A DNA stretch of 64,000 bases, taken from the NCBI GenBank assembly GCA_965203355.1, contig OZ241889.1, positions 2,144,001 to 2,208,000 of the forward strand, given 5' to 3'. The first letter of the stretch is position 1, and each line of letters starts with the position of its first letter. Shown one piece after another: positions 28,264-38,259 of the stretch. The position numbers were made by a program, and so were the translations under genes. The notes below the pieces were generated by a model, which was not told the DNA's origin, did no database searches, and saw only the letters and a list, made by a program, of their open reading frames with translations. Source of the stretch: Candidatus Latescibacterota bacterium. Its GTDB lineage: Bacteria; Latescibacterota; UBA2968; UBA8231.

Positions 28264-30351
28264 CTAGCACTCGACGTCAAGGTCTTCACCGAGGGCTAGG
28301 CGCATGAGCAGATTCTGCATGCTGTCGCCCGGGGCGTCGCCTTCGGGCTGGCGGCGGATGTACGCGCCGTCTGGGCGCATTTGCCGAGATTTGGCGCGAT
28401 CGGCGAGCGCGAAGACGAGGAGCTCGCGATAGACGCGCTGCTTCAGGCCGGGATCCAAGATGGGGAAAACGACTTCGACCCGGGTACGCAGGTTGCGATT
28501 CATCCAGTCTGCGCTGCCGAGCCAGATTTCTTCGTCGCCGCCGTTGGCAAAGTAAAAGACGCGGCTGTGCTCTAGGAATCGGCCAATGATGCTGTACACG
28601 CGAATGTTCTCGCTGATGCCGTCGAGGCCGGCGCGCAAGCAGCAAATGCCGCGCACAATCAGATCGATTTCGACGCCGGCTTGCGAGGCCGCGTACAGGG
28701 CCTTGATGATCGCCGGGTCCATGAGGCCATTCATCTTGGCGATGATGGCGGCTGGCCGACCGGCGCGGGCGTGTTCGCTTTCGCGCTCGATGCGGTCGAG
28801 CATGCCTTGCATCAGCCCGGAGGGCGCGACTAGCAGTTTTTCAAATTGACTGATGCGGCTGTGGGCGGTGAGCATGTTGAAAACCTCGGCCACCTCGGCG
28901 GTGATCGTTGGCTCGGCCGTAATCAGCCCCAGATCTGTGTAGAGCCGCGCCGTGGTGTGGTTGTAATTGCCGGTGCCCAAGTGGGCGTAGCGACGCAGGC
29001 GATCTTGATCGCGGCGCACCAGCATCGACAGCTTGCAATGGGTCTTCAGGCCCATGATGCCATAGATCACGTGGATGCCGCTGTTTTCGAGGCGCTTGGC
29101 CCATTCGATGTTGGCCGCTTCGTCGCCGCGGGCTTTTAGTTCGACGAGCACGGTCACTTCCTTGCCGCGCTCGGCCGCGTCGATGAGTGCCTGCCCCACC
29201 TCTGAGTCGTCGCCCGTGCGGTAGATGGTCTGTTTGATGGCCAGCACTTTGGGGTCATTGGCCGCCATGCGGATGAAATCGATCACCGTAGAAAACGACT
29301 CGTAGGGATGGTGGAGGAGAATGTCGCCCGCGCGGATGGAGTCGAAGAAGGCGTCGGAGTCCGCGGGTACATCGCGCTCCACGGGTGTGAAGGGCGGATC
29401 CTTGAGGGCCGGCCGCGAGACCAGGCCGTAAAGAGCCATGACCCGATGGAGGTTGACCGGCCCGTTGACCCGAAAGACTAGGCTGTCGTCGAGATCGAAT
29501 TGCTGTTGCAAGAGCGATACGAGTGGGTCGGGTGCGCCCAGCGCGATCTCTAGCCGCACGGCGTCGGCTTGGCGCTGTTTGGTGACCTGTTCCTCGATTT
29601 CTTCCAGCAAATTGTCGGCGTCTTCTTCGTTGACATATAACTCGCTGTTGCGGGTGATGCGGAACGGAGCCGAGCCGATGACCTCGTAGCCGAAGAACAG
29701 TTCTTCGACCTGTATATCCATGATCCCGGCCAAGGTCACAAAGTGGAGGCCGTCGCTTTGGTCGGGCAGGCGCAAGATGCGCGGTAGCACGCGCGGCACG
29801 GTTGCCACGCCCATCATCGTCTGTCCCTGTTCTTCGAGCAAGGCCCCGATGCACAGGGCCTTGTTGAGCACGTGGGGGAAGGGATGGGCCGGATCGACGA
29901 CGATGGGCGTGAGGATCGGTTCGAGTTCTTCTTCCCAGTACTGACGCACAAAGTCGAGATGTTCGTCTTTGAGTCGGCGCGCCTCCCATAGGTAGATGCC
30001 TTCGGCGGCTAAGGCCGGGATGAGGTCCTCGTTCCAGCAGCGATACTGTTCGGCGACTTGCTCGTGGGCTTGTTGGGTGATGCGCTCGAGTTGCTCGGCC
30101 GGAGTTAAGCCATCGGGGCGGCTGGGATTGGCCCCGGATTCGTGCAATTGCAGCAGACCGGCTACGCGGATTTCGTAGAACTCGTCGAGATTGCTGGCGA
30201 CGATGGCCATGAACTTGACGCGCTCTAACAGGGGATTGCGCGGATCTTGGGCTTCTTCGAGCACGCGGGCGTTGAAGTTGAGCCACGAGAGTTCGCGGTT
30301 GATGTAGAGTTCGGGACGATCGTAGGTGGGCGGGGGGGCCATTTCGCTCAT
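28264..30351 (-). CDS. ppk1: Polyphosphate kinase 1
   Basis: YINRELSWLNFNARVL, SNLDEFYEIRV, LLHHPYESF, HLGTGNYN, GRFLEHSR, SADWMNRNL. Confidence 0.97.
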   Translation of the reverse strand: MSEMAPPPTYDRPELYINRELSWLNFNARVLEEAQDPRNPLLERVKFMAIVASNLDEFYEIRVAGLLQLHESGANPSRPDGLTPAEQLERITQQAHEQVAEQYRCWNEDLIPALAAEGIYLWEARRLKDEHLDFVRQYWEEELEPILTPIVVDPAHPFPHVLNKALCIGALLEEQGQTMMGVATVPRVLPRILRLPDQSDGLHFVTLAGIMDIQVEELFFGYEVIGSAPFRITRNSELYVNEEDADNLLEEIEEQVTKQRQADAVRLEIALGAPDPLVSLLQQQFDLDDSLVFRVNGPVNLHRVMALYGLVSRPALKDPPFTPVERDVPADSDAFFDSIRAGDILLHHPYESFSTVIDFIRMAANDPKVLAIKQTIYRTGDDSEVGQALIDAAERGKEVTVLVELKARGDEAANIEWAKRLENSGIHVIYGIMGLKTHCKLSMLVRRDQDRLRRYAHLGTGNYNHTTARLYTDLGLITAEPTITAEVAEVFNMLTAHSRISQFEKLLVAPSGLMQGMLDRIERESEHARAGRPAAIIAKMNGLMDPAIIKALYAASQAGVEIDLIVRGICCLRAGLDGISENIRVYSIIGRFLEHSRVFYFANGGDEEIWLGSADWMNRNLRTRVEVVFPILDPGLKQRVYRELLVFALADRAKSRQMRPDGAYIRRQPEGDAPGDSMQNLLMRLALGEDLDVEC

Positions 30352-30352
30352 G

Positions 30353-31156
30353 TCATTCGAGTTGAGAAATGGTTTCGCGCACGAATTGCACCGACTGTTT
30401 GAGTGCGTCGCGGTGCGCGCCTGCGATGCCGCATTCGTAGGCCAGATAGCCGCTAAAGCCGATGTCCTTGAGGGCCTGTAAGCCCGCGCGCCAGTCAATG
30501 TCGCCGGTGCCCGGCTGTAGGCGCGTGTTGTCGGCCAGGTGGACGTGGGCGACGTGGTGGCCCGCTTGGCGGAACGCGGCCGGGGTGTCGGTCTCTTCGA
30601 TGTGCATGTGGAAGAAGTCGCTGAGCAGGGCCACGCCTTGGGGGCTACCGGCGCGCTCGATGATTTCGACGCCGTCGGCTTGGCGGCGCAAGAGGTGTTG
30701 TTCGTAGCGGTTGAGGGGTTCGAGCAGGAGTAGGGTGCCTTGGCCCGCGGCATGGGCGGCGAGCTCTTTGACCAACTCGACGAGCAGGGCCTTTTCTAAG
30801 GAAATGGCGTCTTGGAGCGGCGAAAGGTCGGGTATGCGCGGCGGCCCAAAGATGGGGGGGACGATCTGACCGACGGCTTGAAAGTGCCCGCAGGCTTCGA
30901 GTTGGCGGCGGGTCTCGGCGAGGCTGTTGGCGCGCTTGTGCGGGTCGGGGTCGAGCCAGTCAAAGGTTTCTTGGCCGCAGATGGAAGCGATCTGGATGGA
31001 GCGACCGGCGAGGGCCTGTTCGTATTTTTCAACGCGATCGTACAGGCGTGTGCGGCCGCTGACTTCTAGCCCTTCGACGTTCAGCGATTCGGCGAAGTCG
31101 AGCTTTTCCGCGAGGCTTTCTCCGGGCAGCAGCCCTTCCTGTAAGGCAATTTTCAT
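30353..31156 (-). CDS. Sugar phosphate isomerase/epimerase (xylose-isomerase-like TIM barrel)
   Basis: LEPLNRYE, DFFHMHIEE, HVHLADNTRLQPGTGDIDW, YEC. Confidence 0.88.
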   Translation of the reverse strand: MKIALQEGLLPGESLAEKLDFAESLNVEGLEVSGRTRLYDRVEKYEQALAGRSIQIASICGQETFDWLDPDPHKRANSLAETRRQLEACGHFQAVGQIVPPIFGPPRIPDLSPLQDAISLEKALLVELVKELAAHAAGQGTLLLLEPLNRYEQHLLRRQADGVEIIERAGSPQGVALLSDFFHMHIEETDTPAAFRQAGHHVAHVHLADNTRLQPGTGDIDWRAGLQALKDIGFSGYLAYECGIAGAHRDALKQSVQFVRETISQLE

Positions 31157-31234
31157 GGCGTCCTTTCTTGACGTTGGGTGCGTTTTTTGGGTTTATAGCG
31201 GGCCAGAATATACACTGACAAGGAAGGATATGCC

Positions 31235-32197
31235 ATGCCAGAACGCGTACAGATCGTAGTACCCGGCGACAATCCAAGCCAGATTGCCGGTTCGCCGCAT
31301 TTGCAGCGGCTCGCGCCCTACGGGGATGTCGCGCTTTTTGAGGATACGCCGCAAAGCGCGGATGAGAAAGTCGCGCGTGCCGAGGGCGCACACGTTATTA
31401 TCAACACGCGCGGAGTCGTCACGTGGCGCGAGGAAATGCGCCGTTTGCCCGCGCTCAAGATGATTGCCACCTGCTCCATCGGCACGGATATGATCGACCT
31501 AGAGCTGGCCAAGCAGCTCGGAATTGTGGTGTCGAACCAGCCCGGTCGCACCGCGCCCGTGGTGGCCGAGCACATGTTCGGGCTGATGTTCGCGCTGGCC
31601 AAGCGCGCCTATTTCCAGACCGCCGAGCTGAAGGCTGGCCGCTGGACGCGCAAGATGAACACCATGTTGCAGGGCAAGGTGTTGGGCGTGGTGGGCACCG
31701 GGCCGATTGGCGCGGAGATGGCGCGGTTGGGACGGGCCATCGGCATGGAGGTCATTGCGTGGACTTTCCGTCCGTCGCCGGAACGCGCTGCTGCCTACGG
31801 AGTGCGCTTTGTCGAGATCGACGAGTTGTTACAGGCCGCGGATGTGGTCAGTCTACACGTGAAGTTGACCGAGGATACTCGGCATTTGCTCGGGGTGCGC
31901 GAGTTTGGCCTGATGAAGGAGGGGGCGCTGGTGTTGAACGGTGCGCGCGGCGATGTGCTGGACATCAACGCCTTGCGCGCGGCCCTGTTGTCTGGGCATT
32001 TGGGCGGAGCCGGGCTGGACGTGTTTCCGCAAGAGCCGCTGCCGCACGACGATCCCATCCTCGATTGCGAGCAGGTGGTGCTAACGCCTCATGCCGCGGA
32101 TCAGACGCCCGAGGGCGTGGATTTGCTGAACGAGGGCGCGGTGGATAATGTGATTGCATTTTTAGCGGGACGGCCGCGGCATAATGTGGCGGTGTGA
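31235..32197 (+). CDS. D-2-hydroxyacid dehydrogenase (NAD-binding)
   Basis: GVVGTGPIG, DVVSLHV, NGARG, GLDVFPQEP, LTPHAA. Confidence 0.92.
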   Translation: MPERVQIVVPGDNPSQIAGSPHLQRLAPYGDVALFEDTPQSADEKVARAEGAHVIINTRGVVTWREEMRRLPALKMIATCSIGTDMIDLELAKQLGIVVSNQPGRTAPVVAEHMFGLMFALAKRAYFQTAELKAGRWTRKMNTMLQGKVLGVVGTGPIGAEMARLGRAIGMEVIAWTFRPSPERAAAYGVRFVEIDELLQAADVVSLHVKLTEDTRHLLGVREFGLMKEGALVLNGARGDVLDINALRAALLSGHLGGAGLDVFPQEPLPHDDPILDCEQVVLTPHAADQTPEGVDLLNEGAVDNVIAFLAGRPRHNVAV

Positions 32198-32230
32198 CCA
32201 AGGTGGATAAGGAGCGTTTGAGAAAAGGCT

Positions 32231-32941
32231 ATGGACAGCGCAAAACAGCTTGAAAAAGAAAAAGAGAAGTTTGTCGCGGCGATAGGGCACGAGCCGTCTT
32301 TGGCAACGGTGGATGATAAGGGGCAGACGGACCTACACCACGCAGCGGCCCTGTACTTGCCCGGCTTGGCTGGCTCCTTACTGGACCGCGGGGCCGATGT
32401 CAACGCCGGGGATAAAGAAAAAATGACGCCGCTGCATAGTGCAGCCATGCGGAACGAGACTGAGGTGTCGCGGCTTTTGCTAGAGCACGGCGCGGATGTC
32501 AACGCCAAAGATAAAGACGGCCTGATCCCGCTGCATATTGCGGTGGCGCGGGATAAGGTGGCGGCGGCGGAGTTTTTGCTCGACAACGGCGCGGATATCA
32601 ACGCCAAGAACTACTACCACGGCCTGACGCCGCTGCATATTGCGACGATGCGGAACAAGGTGGCGGCGGCGGAGTTTTTGCTCGACAACGGCGCGGATAT
32701 CAACGCCAAGAACTACCACGACAGCCTGACGCCGCTGCATATTGCGACGATGCGAAATATTTTTCGCGTCGCCGAGCTTTTGTTGGATCGCGGCGCGGAT
32801 GTCAACGCCAAGACGCGCGATGGCTGGACGCCGTTGTTTCTTGCCATACACAAAAAAGACATGGTCAGTACGTTGCTCCGTTTCTTTGGGTTCGAGACGA
32901 AGATGGTGCGTTTGTTGCGCCATTATGGGGGGCGGACGTGA
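32231..32941 (+). CDS. Ankyrin-repeat protein
   Basis: About 6 repeats of GADVNAK..G.TPLH.A; two 34-aa units are near-identical in DNA. Confidence 0.92.
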   Translation: MDSAKQLEKEKEKFVAAIGHEPSLATVDDKGQTDLHHAAALYLPGLAGSLLDRGADVNAGDKEKMTPLHSAAMRNETEVSRLLLEHGADVNAKDKDGLIPLHIAVARDKVAAAEFLLDNGADINAKNYYHGLTPLHIATMRNKVAAAEFLLDNGADINAKNYHDSLTPLHIATMRNIFRVAELLLDRGADVNAKTRDGWTPLFLAIHKKDMVSTLLRFFGFETKMVRLLRHYGGRT

Positions 32942-32967
32942 AGGTTGGCGGGTTCGGAGATAGGACG

Positions 32968-34539
32968 ATGCGTTTTTTTAATACGGCGGGGCCGATCAAG
33001 CCGGCAAGACACTACTGCATTCCACCGTTGGATCGGATCAACCTCGCCGAGGTGCGTGCGCTCATTCGCGACGAGAAGTATTTCGTTTTGCACGCGCCGC
33101 GGCAGACTGGCAAGACCTCGACGTTGCTGGCCCTGCGCGACCTGCTCAATCGAGAGGGGGTCTATCGTTGCGTGTACGTCAACATTGAAGCGGCCCAAGC
33201 CCTGCGCGAAGATGTAGAACGGGCGATGCCCATCGTGCTGGGTGGGTTGGCGTCTCGGGCGCGTTTGATGGGCGACGAGTTTTTGGATGCGATCTGGCCC
33301 GATCTTTTGGCGAAATACGGTTCGGGTGCGCTGGGCGAGGCGTTGACGCGCTGGGCGGCCGCCGATCCCATGCCGCTGGTGCTGCTGATCGACGAGATCG
33401 ACTCGCTGGTCGGCGACACTCTCGTATCCGTGCTGCGGCAGTTGCGGGCGGGCTACGATTTGCGGCCGGCGGGATTTCCGCAGAGCGTGGTATTGTGCGG
33501 GGTGCGCGATGTGCGCGACTATCGAATTCAGTCGACGGCAGAAAACGCCATCATCACCGGCGGCAGCGCATTCAACATCAAGGCTGAATCGCTGCGACTC
33601 GGCACGTTCAGCTTAGCGGAAGTGCAAACGCTGTTGGCGCAGCACACCGAAGAGACCGGGCAGGTGTTCACCGACGACGCGCAGTACGCGCTCTGGGAAT
33701 TGACCCAAGGGCAGCCGTGGCTGGTCAACGCCTTGGCGTATGAAGCCTGCTTTAAGAGTGCGGCCGGGCGAGACCGCAGTCGTCCCATTAGCGCGGCGGC
33801 GATTGGCGCGGCGTGCGAGCAACTCATCGCACGGCGCGAGACGCACTTGGATCAGTTGACTGATAAGCTCAAGGAGGAGCGGGTGCGGCGGGTGGTTGAG
33901 CCGCTGCTGAGTGGGGGACCACAACGCTACTTTGCCGACCGCGACTTGGAGTATGTGCGCGATCTGGGGCTGGTGGCTCAGGATCGTCCGCTGCGTATGG
34001 CCAATCCGATCTACGCCGAGGTGGTACCACGCGAACTGACGTGGGTGGTGCAAGAGGAGTTTGAGCAAGAGACCGCGTGGTATGTGGATGCCGATGGCGG
34101 CTTAGACGTGGGCCAATTGCTGTCGGCGTTTCAAGCGTTCTTCCGCGAGCATTCGGAGCACTGGGTGGAGCGGTTCCAGTACAAGGAAGCCGGGCCGCAA
34201 CTGCTGCTTCAGGCGTTTTTGCAGCGGATCGTCAACAGCGGCGGTCGGATCGAGCGCGAATACGGCTTGGGTCGGATGCGGACGGATTTGCTGCTGGTGT
34301 GGCCGCAGGGGGGGCAGACGCGCAAGGTGGTGATCGAGTGTAAGGTGTTGCACAAGAGTTTGGAGCAGACGATGGCTGAGGGATTGGAGCAGACCGCGGC
34401 CTACATGGATCGCTGTGCGGCCGAGTCCGGGCATCTGGTGATTTTCGACCGGCGAGCCGGGCGGCGGTGGGACGATAAAGTGTTTCGCTGCCGTCGGGCG
34501 GCGGCTAGTGGGGTGGCGATTGAGGTGTGGGGGATGTGA
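32968..34539 (+). CDS. AAA/STAND-like ATPase with C-terminal PD-(D/E)XK-like nuclease domain
   Basis: MRFFNTAGP, Walker A HAPRQTGKTS, Walker B LLIDEID, C-terminal EREYGLGRMRTDL...VIECK...QTAAY. Confidence 0.8.
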   Translation: MRFFNTAGPIKPARHYCIPPLDRINLAEVRALIRDEKYFVLHAPRQTGKTSTLLALRDLLNREGVYRCVYVNIEAAQALREDVERAMPIVLGGLASRARLMGDEFLDAIWPDLLAKYGSGALGEALTRWAAADPMPLVLLIDEIDSLVGDTLVSVLRQLRAGYDLRPAGFPQSVVLCGVRDVRDYRIQSTAENAIITGGSAFNIKAESLRLGTFSLAEVQTLLAQHTEETGQVFTDDAQYALWELTQGQPWLVNALAYEACFKSAAGRDRSRPISAAAIGAACEQLIARRETHLDQLTDKLKEERVRRVVEPLLSGGPQRYFADRDLEYVRDLGLVAQDRPLRMANPIYAEVVPRELTWVVQEEFEQETAWYVDADGGLDVGQLLSAFQAFFREHSEHWVERFQYKEAGPQLLLQAFLQRIVNSGGRIEREYGLGRMRTDLLLVWPQGGQTRKVVIECKVLHKSLEQTMAEGLEQTAAYMDRCAAESGHLVIFDRRAGRRWDDKVFRCRRAAASGVAIEVWGM

Positions 34540-34578
34540 TACTGTGAATGAGTTGATTTTGAACCAACCGGAGATATT

Positions 34579-36642
34579 ATGAGCGCAGCGCAACAACCTC
34601 TCAACGCCTTGCCGCAAGGCCATCGGTTGCAAGAATACGAACTGGTTCGCGTTTTGGGCTTTGGTGGCTTTGGTATGACCTATCTGGGCTTTGACCACAA
34701 CTTGGACAAAGCCGTCGCCATCAAGGAGTACCTACCTTCCGACATCGCCACCCGCATCGCGGACCACAGCGTCGCTCCGCAAGCCAGCGAATTTCGCGGC
34801 GACTTCCAGTGGGGGTTAGAGCGGTTCTTGGACGAGGCGCGTACTTTGGCCCGCTTTGATCATCGCCACATCATTAAGGTGTATCGTTTCTTTGAGGCGC
34901 ATGGCACGGCGTATATCGTGATGGAATATGCCGAAGGCGAGACCTTGTCGGCGCATCTGACGCGCAAAGGGACGCTGACGGAAGACGAACTCAAAGGGAT
35001 TCTGTATCCGCTTTTGGACGGTTTGGCGGTCGTGCATGGCGCGGATTTTCTGCATCGGGACATCAAGCCGGGCAACATTATCCTGCGGGATGCGGATGGC
35101 TCGCCGGTGCTGTTGGATTTTGGCGCGGCGCGTCAGGCGATCGGGGCCAAGAGTCGTTCGGTTACGTCTATCGTGACGCCGGGGTATGCGCCGCTTGAGC
35201 AGTATTCGAGTCGGGGTCGTCAGGGTGCTTGGACGGACATTTATGCGTTGGGTGGGGTGTGCTATCGGGCGTTGACCGGGGATGTGCCGGCGGATGCGAC
35301 GGATCGGGTGCGTCGTGATCCGCTGGTTCCGGTTTCGCAGCGGTGTGCGGGGCAAGCTAGCCAAGCGTTTCTTTCGGCGATTGATGAGGCGTTGTCGGTG
35401 GATGAGGAGGATCGTCCGCAGAATGTTGCGGCGTGGCGGACAGCGTTGGAGGCTTCGGTTCCCGTGCAAGAGGAGCGTCGTAGGGAGCAAACGGCTCCGT
35501 TAGTAGATACTGAGGCGGTAGCCGCGCAGGATACGGCAGAGAGTGCGCCTATCGTGAGGGATAGCAAGGAAAGTGCGCCGGACTCAAAGTCGCCGGATCG
35601 GTCGCCGTACAAACGGCTTGTCATAGCCTTGAGTGTGGTGGCGGTCGGTTTTATTGGGTTCATAGTTGACGAACAGTACGAGCAGCAGATAGTTGTCGAA
35701 CAGTACGAGCAGCAGGCGGCGTTAGAAAAGCAGCGCCGGGAGCAAGCGGCAGAGAAGCAGCGTCGGGAGCAGGCGGCACTAGAGAAACAGCGTCGGGAGC
35801 AAGCGGCGTTGGACAAGCAGCGTCGGGAGCAGGCGGCACTAGAGAAACAGCGTCGGGAGCAAGCGGCGTTGGACAAGCAGCGTCGGGAGCAGGCGGCAGA
35901 GAAGCAGCGTCGGGAGCAGGCGGCACTGGATAAGCAGCGTCGAGAGCAGGCGGCGTTGGATAAGCAGCGTCGAGAGCAGGCGGCACTGGATAAGCAGCGT
36001 CGCGAACAAGCGGCACTGGAAAAGCAGCGACGAGAGCAGGGAGCGTCGGTCAACGCGAAGGACAACGATGGCAGAACGCCGCTGCACCGTGCGGTGTTGA
36101 AATCAGCGGCGGTAGCGGTTTTGCTGAATCAGGGAGCGTCAGTCAACGCGAAGGACAACGATGGCAGAACGCCGTTGCACTGGGCGTCGAGTGAGAATGC
36201 TTCAGAGTCGGTGGCGGTTTTGCTGAATCAGGGAGCGTCAGTCGACGCGAAGGACAACTATGGCCGGACGCCGCTGCACTGGGCGGCGTTGGAGAATGCT
36301 TCAGCGGCGGTAGCGGTTTTGCTGAATCAGGGAGCGTCAGTCAACGCGAAGGACAAAGGTGGCGAAACGCCGCTGCACTGGGCGTCAAGTGAGAATGCTT
36401 TGAGGGCGGTAGCGGTTTTGCTGAATCAGGGAGCGTCAGTCAACGCGAAGGACAATGATGGCTTGACGCCGCTGCACTGTGCGTCGGAGATGAATGCTTC
36501 AGAGACGATAGTGTTGTTGCTGAATCAGGGAGCGTCGGTCAACGAGAAGAGCAACTATGGCCGGACGCCTCTATACGTTGCGTTGAGGGCGAATGCTTCA
36601 GATGCGGCGGCGGTGTTGCGCCGTTATGGTGGTACAAAATAA
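34579..36642 (+). CDS. Receptor-type Ser/Thr kinase 1: kinase-TM-repeat stalk-ankyrin ectodomain
   Basis: GFGGFG, AIKE, HRDIKPGN, DFG, TPGYAPLEQ; TM LVIALSVVAVGFIGFIV; then EQAALxKQRR repeats and 6 ankyrin units. Confidence 0.92.
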   Translation: MSAAQQPLNALPQGHRLQEYELVRVLGFGGFGMTYLGFDHNLDKAVAIKEYLPSDIATRIADHSVAPQASEFRGDFQWGLERFLDEARTLARFDHRHIIKVYRFFEAHGTAYIVMEYAEGETLSAHLTRKGTLTEDELKGILYPLLDGLAVVHGADFLHRDIKPGNIILRDADGSPVLLDFGAARQAIGAKSRSVTSIVTPGYAPLEQYSSRGRQGAWTDIYALGGVCYRALTGDVPADATDRVRRDPLVPVSQRCAGQASQAFLSAIDEALSVDEEDRPQNVAAWRTALEASVPVQEERRREQTAPLVDTEAVAAQDTAESAPIVRDSKESAPDSKSPDRSPYKRLVIALSVVAVGFIGFIVDEQYEQQIVVEQYEQQAALEKQRREQAAEKQRREQAALEKQRREQAALDKQRREQAALEKQRREQAALDKQRREQAAEKQRREQAALDKQRREQAALDKQRREQAALDKQRREQAALEKQRREQGASVNAKDNDGRTPLHRAVLKSAAVAVLLNQGASVNAKDNDGRTPLHWASSENASESVAVLLNQGASVDAKDNYGRTPLHWAALENASAAVAVLLNQGASVNAKDKGGETPLHWASSENALRAVAVLLNQGASVNAKDNDGLTPLHCASEMNASETIVLLLNQGASVNEKSNYGRTPLYVALRANASDAAAVLRRYGGTK
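35662..36039 (+). repeat. Coding tandem repeats: 27-bp duplication plus about 11 units of 30/27 bp
   Basis: ATAGTTGxCGAACAGTACGAGCAGCAG twice, then GAGCAGGCGGCxxTGGAxAAGCAGCGTCGG-type units encoding EQAAL(E/D)KQRR. Confidence 0.92.
36040..36630 (+). repeat. Ankyrin tandem repeats (about 99-bp period, 6 units)
   Basis: Recurring GCGGTTTTGCTGAATCAGGGAGCGTCAGTCAACGCGAAGGAC. Confidence 0.92.
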
Positions 36643-36670
36643 ACCAATCCTTGAAATGACCGAAGAGACC

Positions 36671-38242
36671 ATGAACGACGAACAGCATCGCTTGGCGTTG
36701 CCGCAAGGGACGCGCATACGGGATTTTGAGTTTCATCGGGTCCTTGGCCACGGCGGTTTTGGCATCACCTATCTGGGCTGGAACGTCACGTTGGATATCC
36801 CGGTGGCGATCAAGGAGTATCTGCCGGCCGACTTGGCGACCCGGGAACAAGACCTGTCGGTTGTGCCTCAGACCTCGCAGGCGGCGGCGGACTTTCAATG
36901 GGGTTTGGATCGGTTCTTGGACGAGGCGCGTACTTTGGCGCGCTTTCAGCATCCTAGTATCGTCCGGGTGCATCACTTTTTTGCCGCGCATAGCACGGCT
37001 TACATTGTAATGGACTATGTGGAGGGGGAGGACTTGTCGGCGTATCTGACGCGCAAGGGGACGCTGAGCGAAGCCGAACTCAAGGCGATTCTGTATCCCC
37101 TGTTGAGTGCTTTAGAAGTGGTGCATGGCGCGGATTTTCTGCATCGTGACATCAAGCCGGGCAACATCGTCCTGCGGGATGGGGATGGCTCGCCGGTGTT
37201 GCTGGATTTTGGCGCGGCGCGTCAGGCGATCGGGGCGAAGAGTCGTTCGGTTACGTCTATCGTGACGCCGGGGTATGCGCCGCTTGAGCAGTATTCGAGC
37301 CGGGGGCATCAAGGGCCTTGGACGGACATTTATGCGTTGGGCGGGGTGTGTTATCGGGCGTTGACCGGAGACGTGCCGGACGATCCGATGGATAGGATAC
37401 GCGACGATCCGCTGGTTCCGGTCTCTCAGCGGTGTGCGGGTCGTGCGAGTGCTGGGTTTTTGTCGGCGATTGATGAAGCGTTGTCGGTGGATGAGAGAGA
37501 TCGTCCGCAGAGTGTTGCGGCGTGGCGGACAGCGTTGGAGGCTTCGGTTCCAGTGCAAGAGGATCGTCGTAGGGAGCAAACTGCTCCGTTAGTAGATACT
37601 GAGGCGGTAGCGCCGCAGAATACGGCAGAGAGTGCGCCTATCGTGAGGGGCATTCTCGATGCACTGGTTACGCAGGTGGACGGCGACCCGCAGAATACGG
37701 CAGAGAGTGCGCCTATCGTGAGAGATAGCAAGCAGAGTACGCCGGACCAAAATCAGAGCACTAGACCGCACAAAATTACTTCCGCAATCAAACTGCTCTA
37801 TATCGCACTTGGGATTAGACTTTTTGAGGCCATTATCATTATGTCCAAATCAGTGGGGAGTAATGTTCCCGTCGGTGAAAGTATACTCCTAGCATTCCCA
37901 GCATTCATAGGATCAATAGTATGGGGTCCGTTTCAAGGACTAAGAATGGGGCCGTTTCAGTATGTACCCGGCGTATTAATAGGAGTAATAGGAGGGGGGC
38001 TGTTGCAGAGGCTCTTCATCCTCAAGATCGGAGAAGGCCGCAATTGGGCACGTATCACTTTTTTGGTATTGTCCATCATACGCATACCTATCTTTTTATT
38101 GATTCTAATATCACGTGATGTTGATATAAATGCTATGTCGGAATTGCTTGGCATCGTACAAAGCATCATAGAGATAGTTGCTATAGTCTTTCTCTGTCAG
38201 AAACCATCTTCTGACTGGTTCAGGGAAATGAAAGCGAACTAG
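36671..38242 (+). CDS. Ser/Thr kinase 2 with C-terminal multi-pass membrane domain
   Basis: Intact kinase motifs; AT-rich hydrophobic C-terminus with several TM segments and GRNWARITFLVL. Start may be 36656. Confidence 0.9.
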   Translation: MNDEQHRLALPQGTRIRDFEFHRVLGHGGFGITYLGWNVTLDIPVAIKEYLPADLATREQDLSVVPQTSQAAADFQWGLDRFLDEARTLARFQHPSIVRVHHFFAAHSTAYIVMDYVEGEDLSAYLTRKGTLSEAELKAILYPLLSALEVVHGADFLHRDIKPGNIVLRDGDGSPVLLDFGAARQAIGAKSRSVTSIVTPGYAPLEQYSSRGHQGPWTDIYALGGVCYRALTGDVPDDPMDRIRDDPLVPVSQRCAGRASAGFLSAIDEALSVDERDRPQSVAAWRTALEASVPVQEDRRREQTAPLVDTEAVAPQNTAESAPIVRGILDALVTQVDGDPQNTAESAPIVRDSKQSTPDQNQSTRPHKITSAIKLLYIALGIRLFEAIIIMSKSVGSNVPVGESILLAFPAFIGSIVWGPFQGLRMGPFQYVPGVLIGVIGGGLLQRLFILKIGEGRNWARITFLVLSIIRIPIFLLILISRDVDINAMSELLGIVQSIIEIVAIVFLCQKPSSDWFREMKAN

Positions 38243-38259
38243 TAACTCGTCGCCAAGAA

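Noticed and set aside
30352-30753. N-terminal extension of Ppk1 in the 829-aa ORF
   Set aside because: It overlaps the upstream epimerase in a shadow frame; Ppk1 homology starts near 30351.
35710-36039. 30-bp tandem repeats as a CRISPR array
   Set aside because: No unique spacers; units are in-frame coding repeats inside a kinase; no cas genes.
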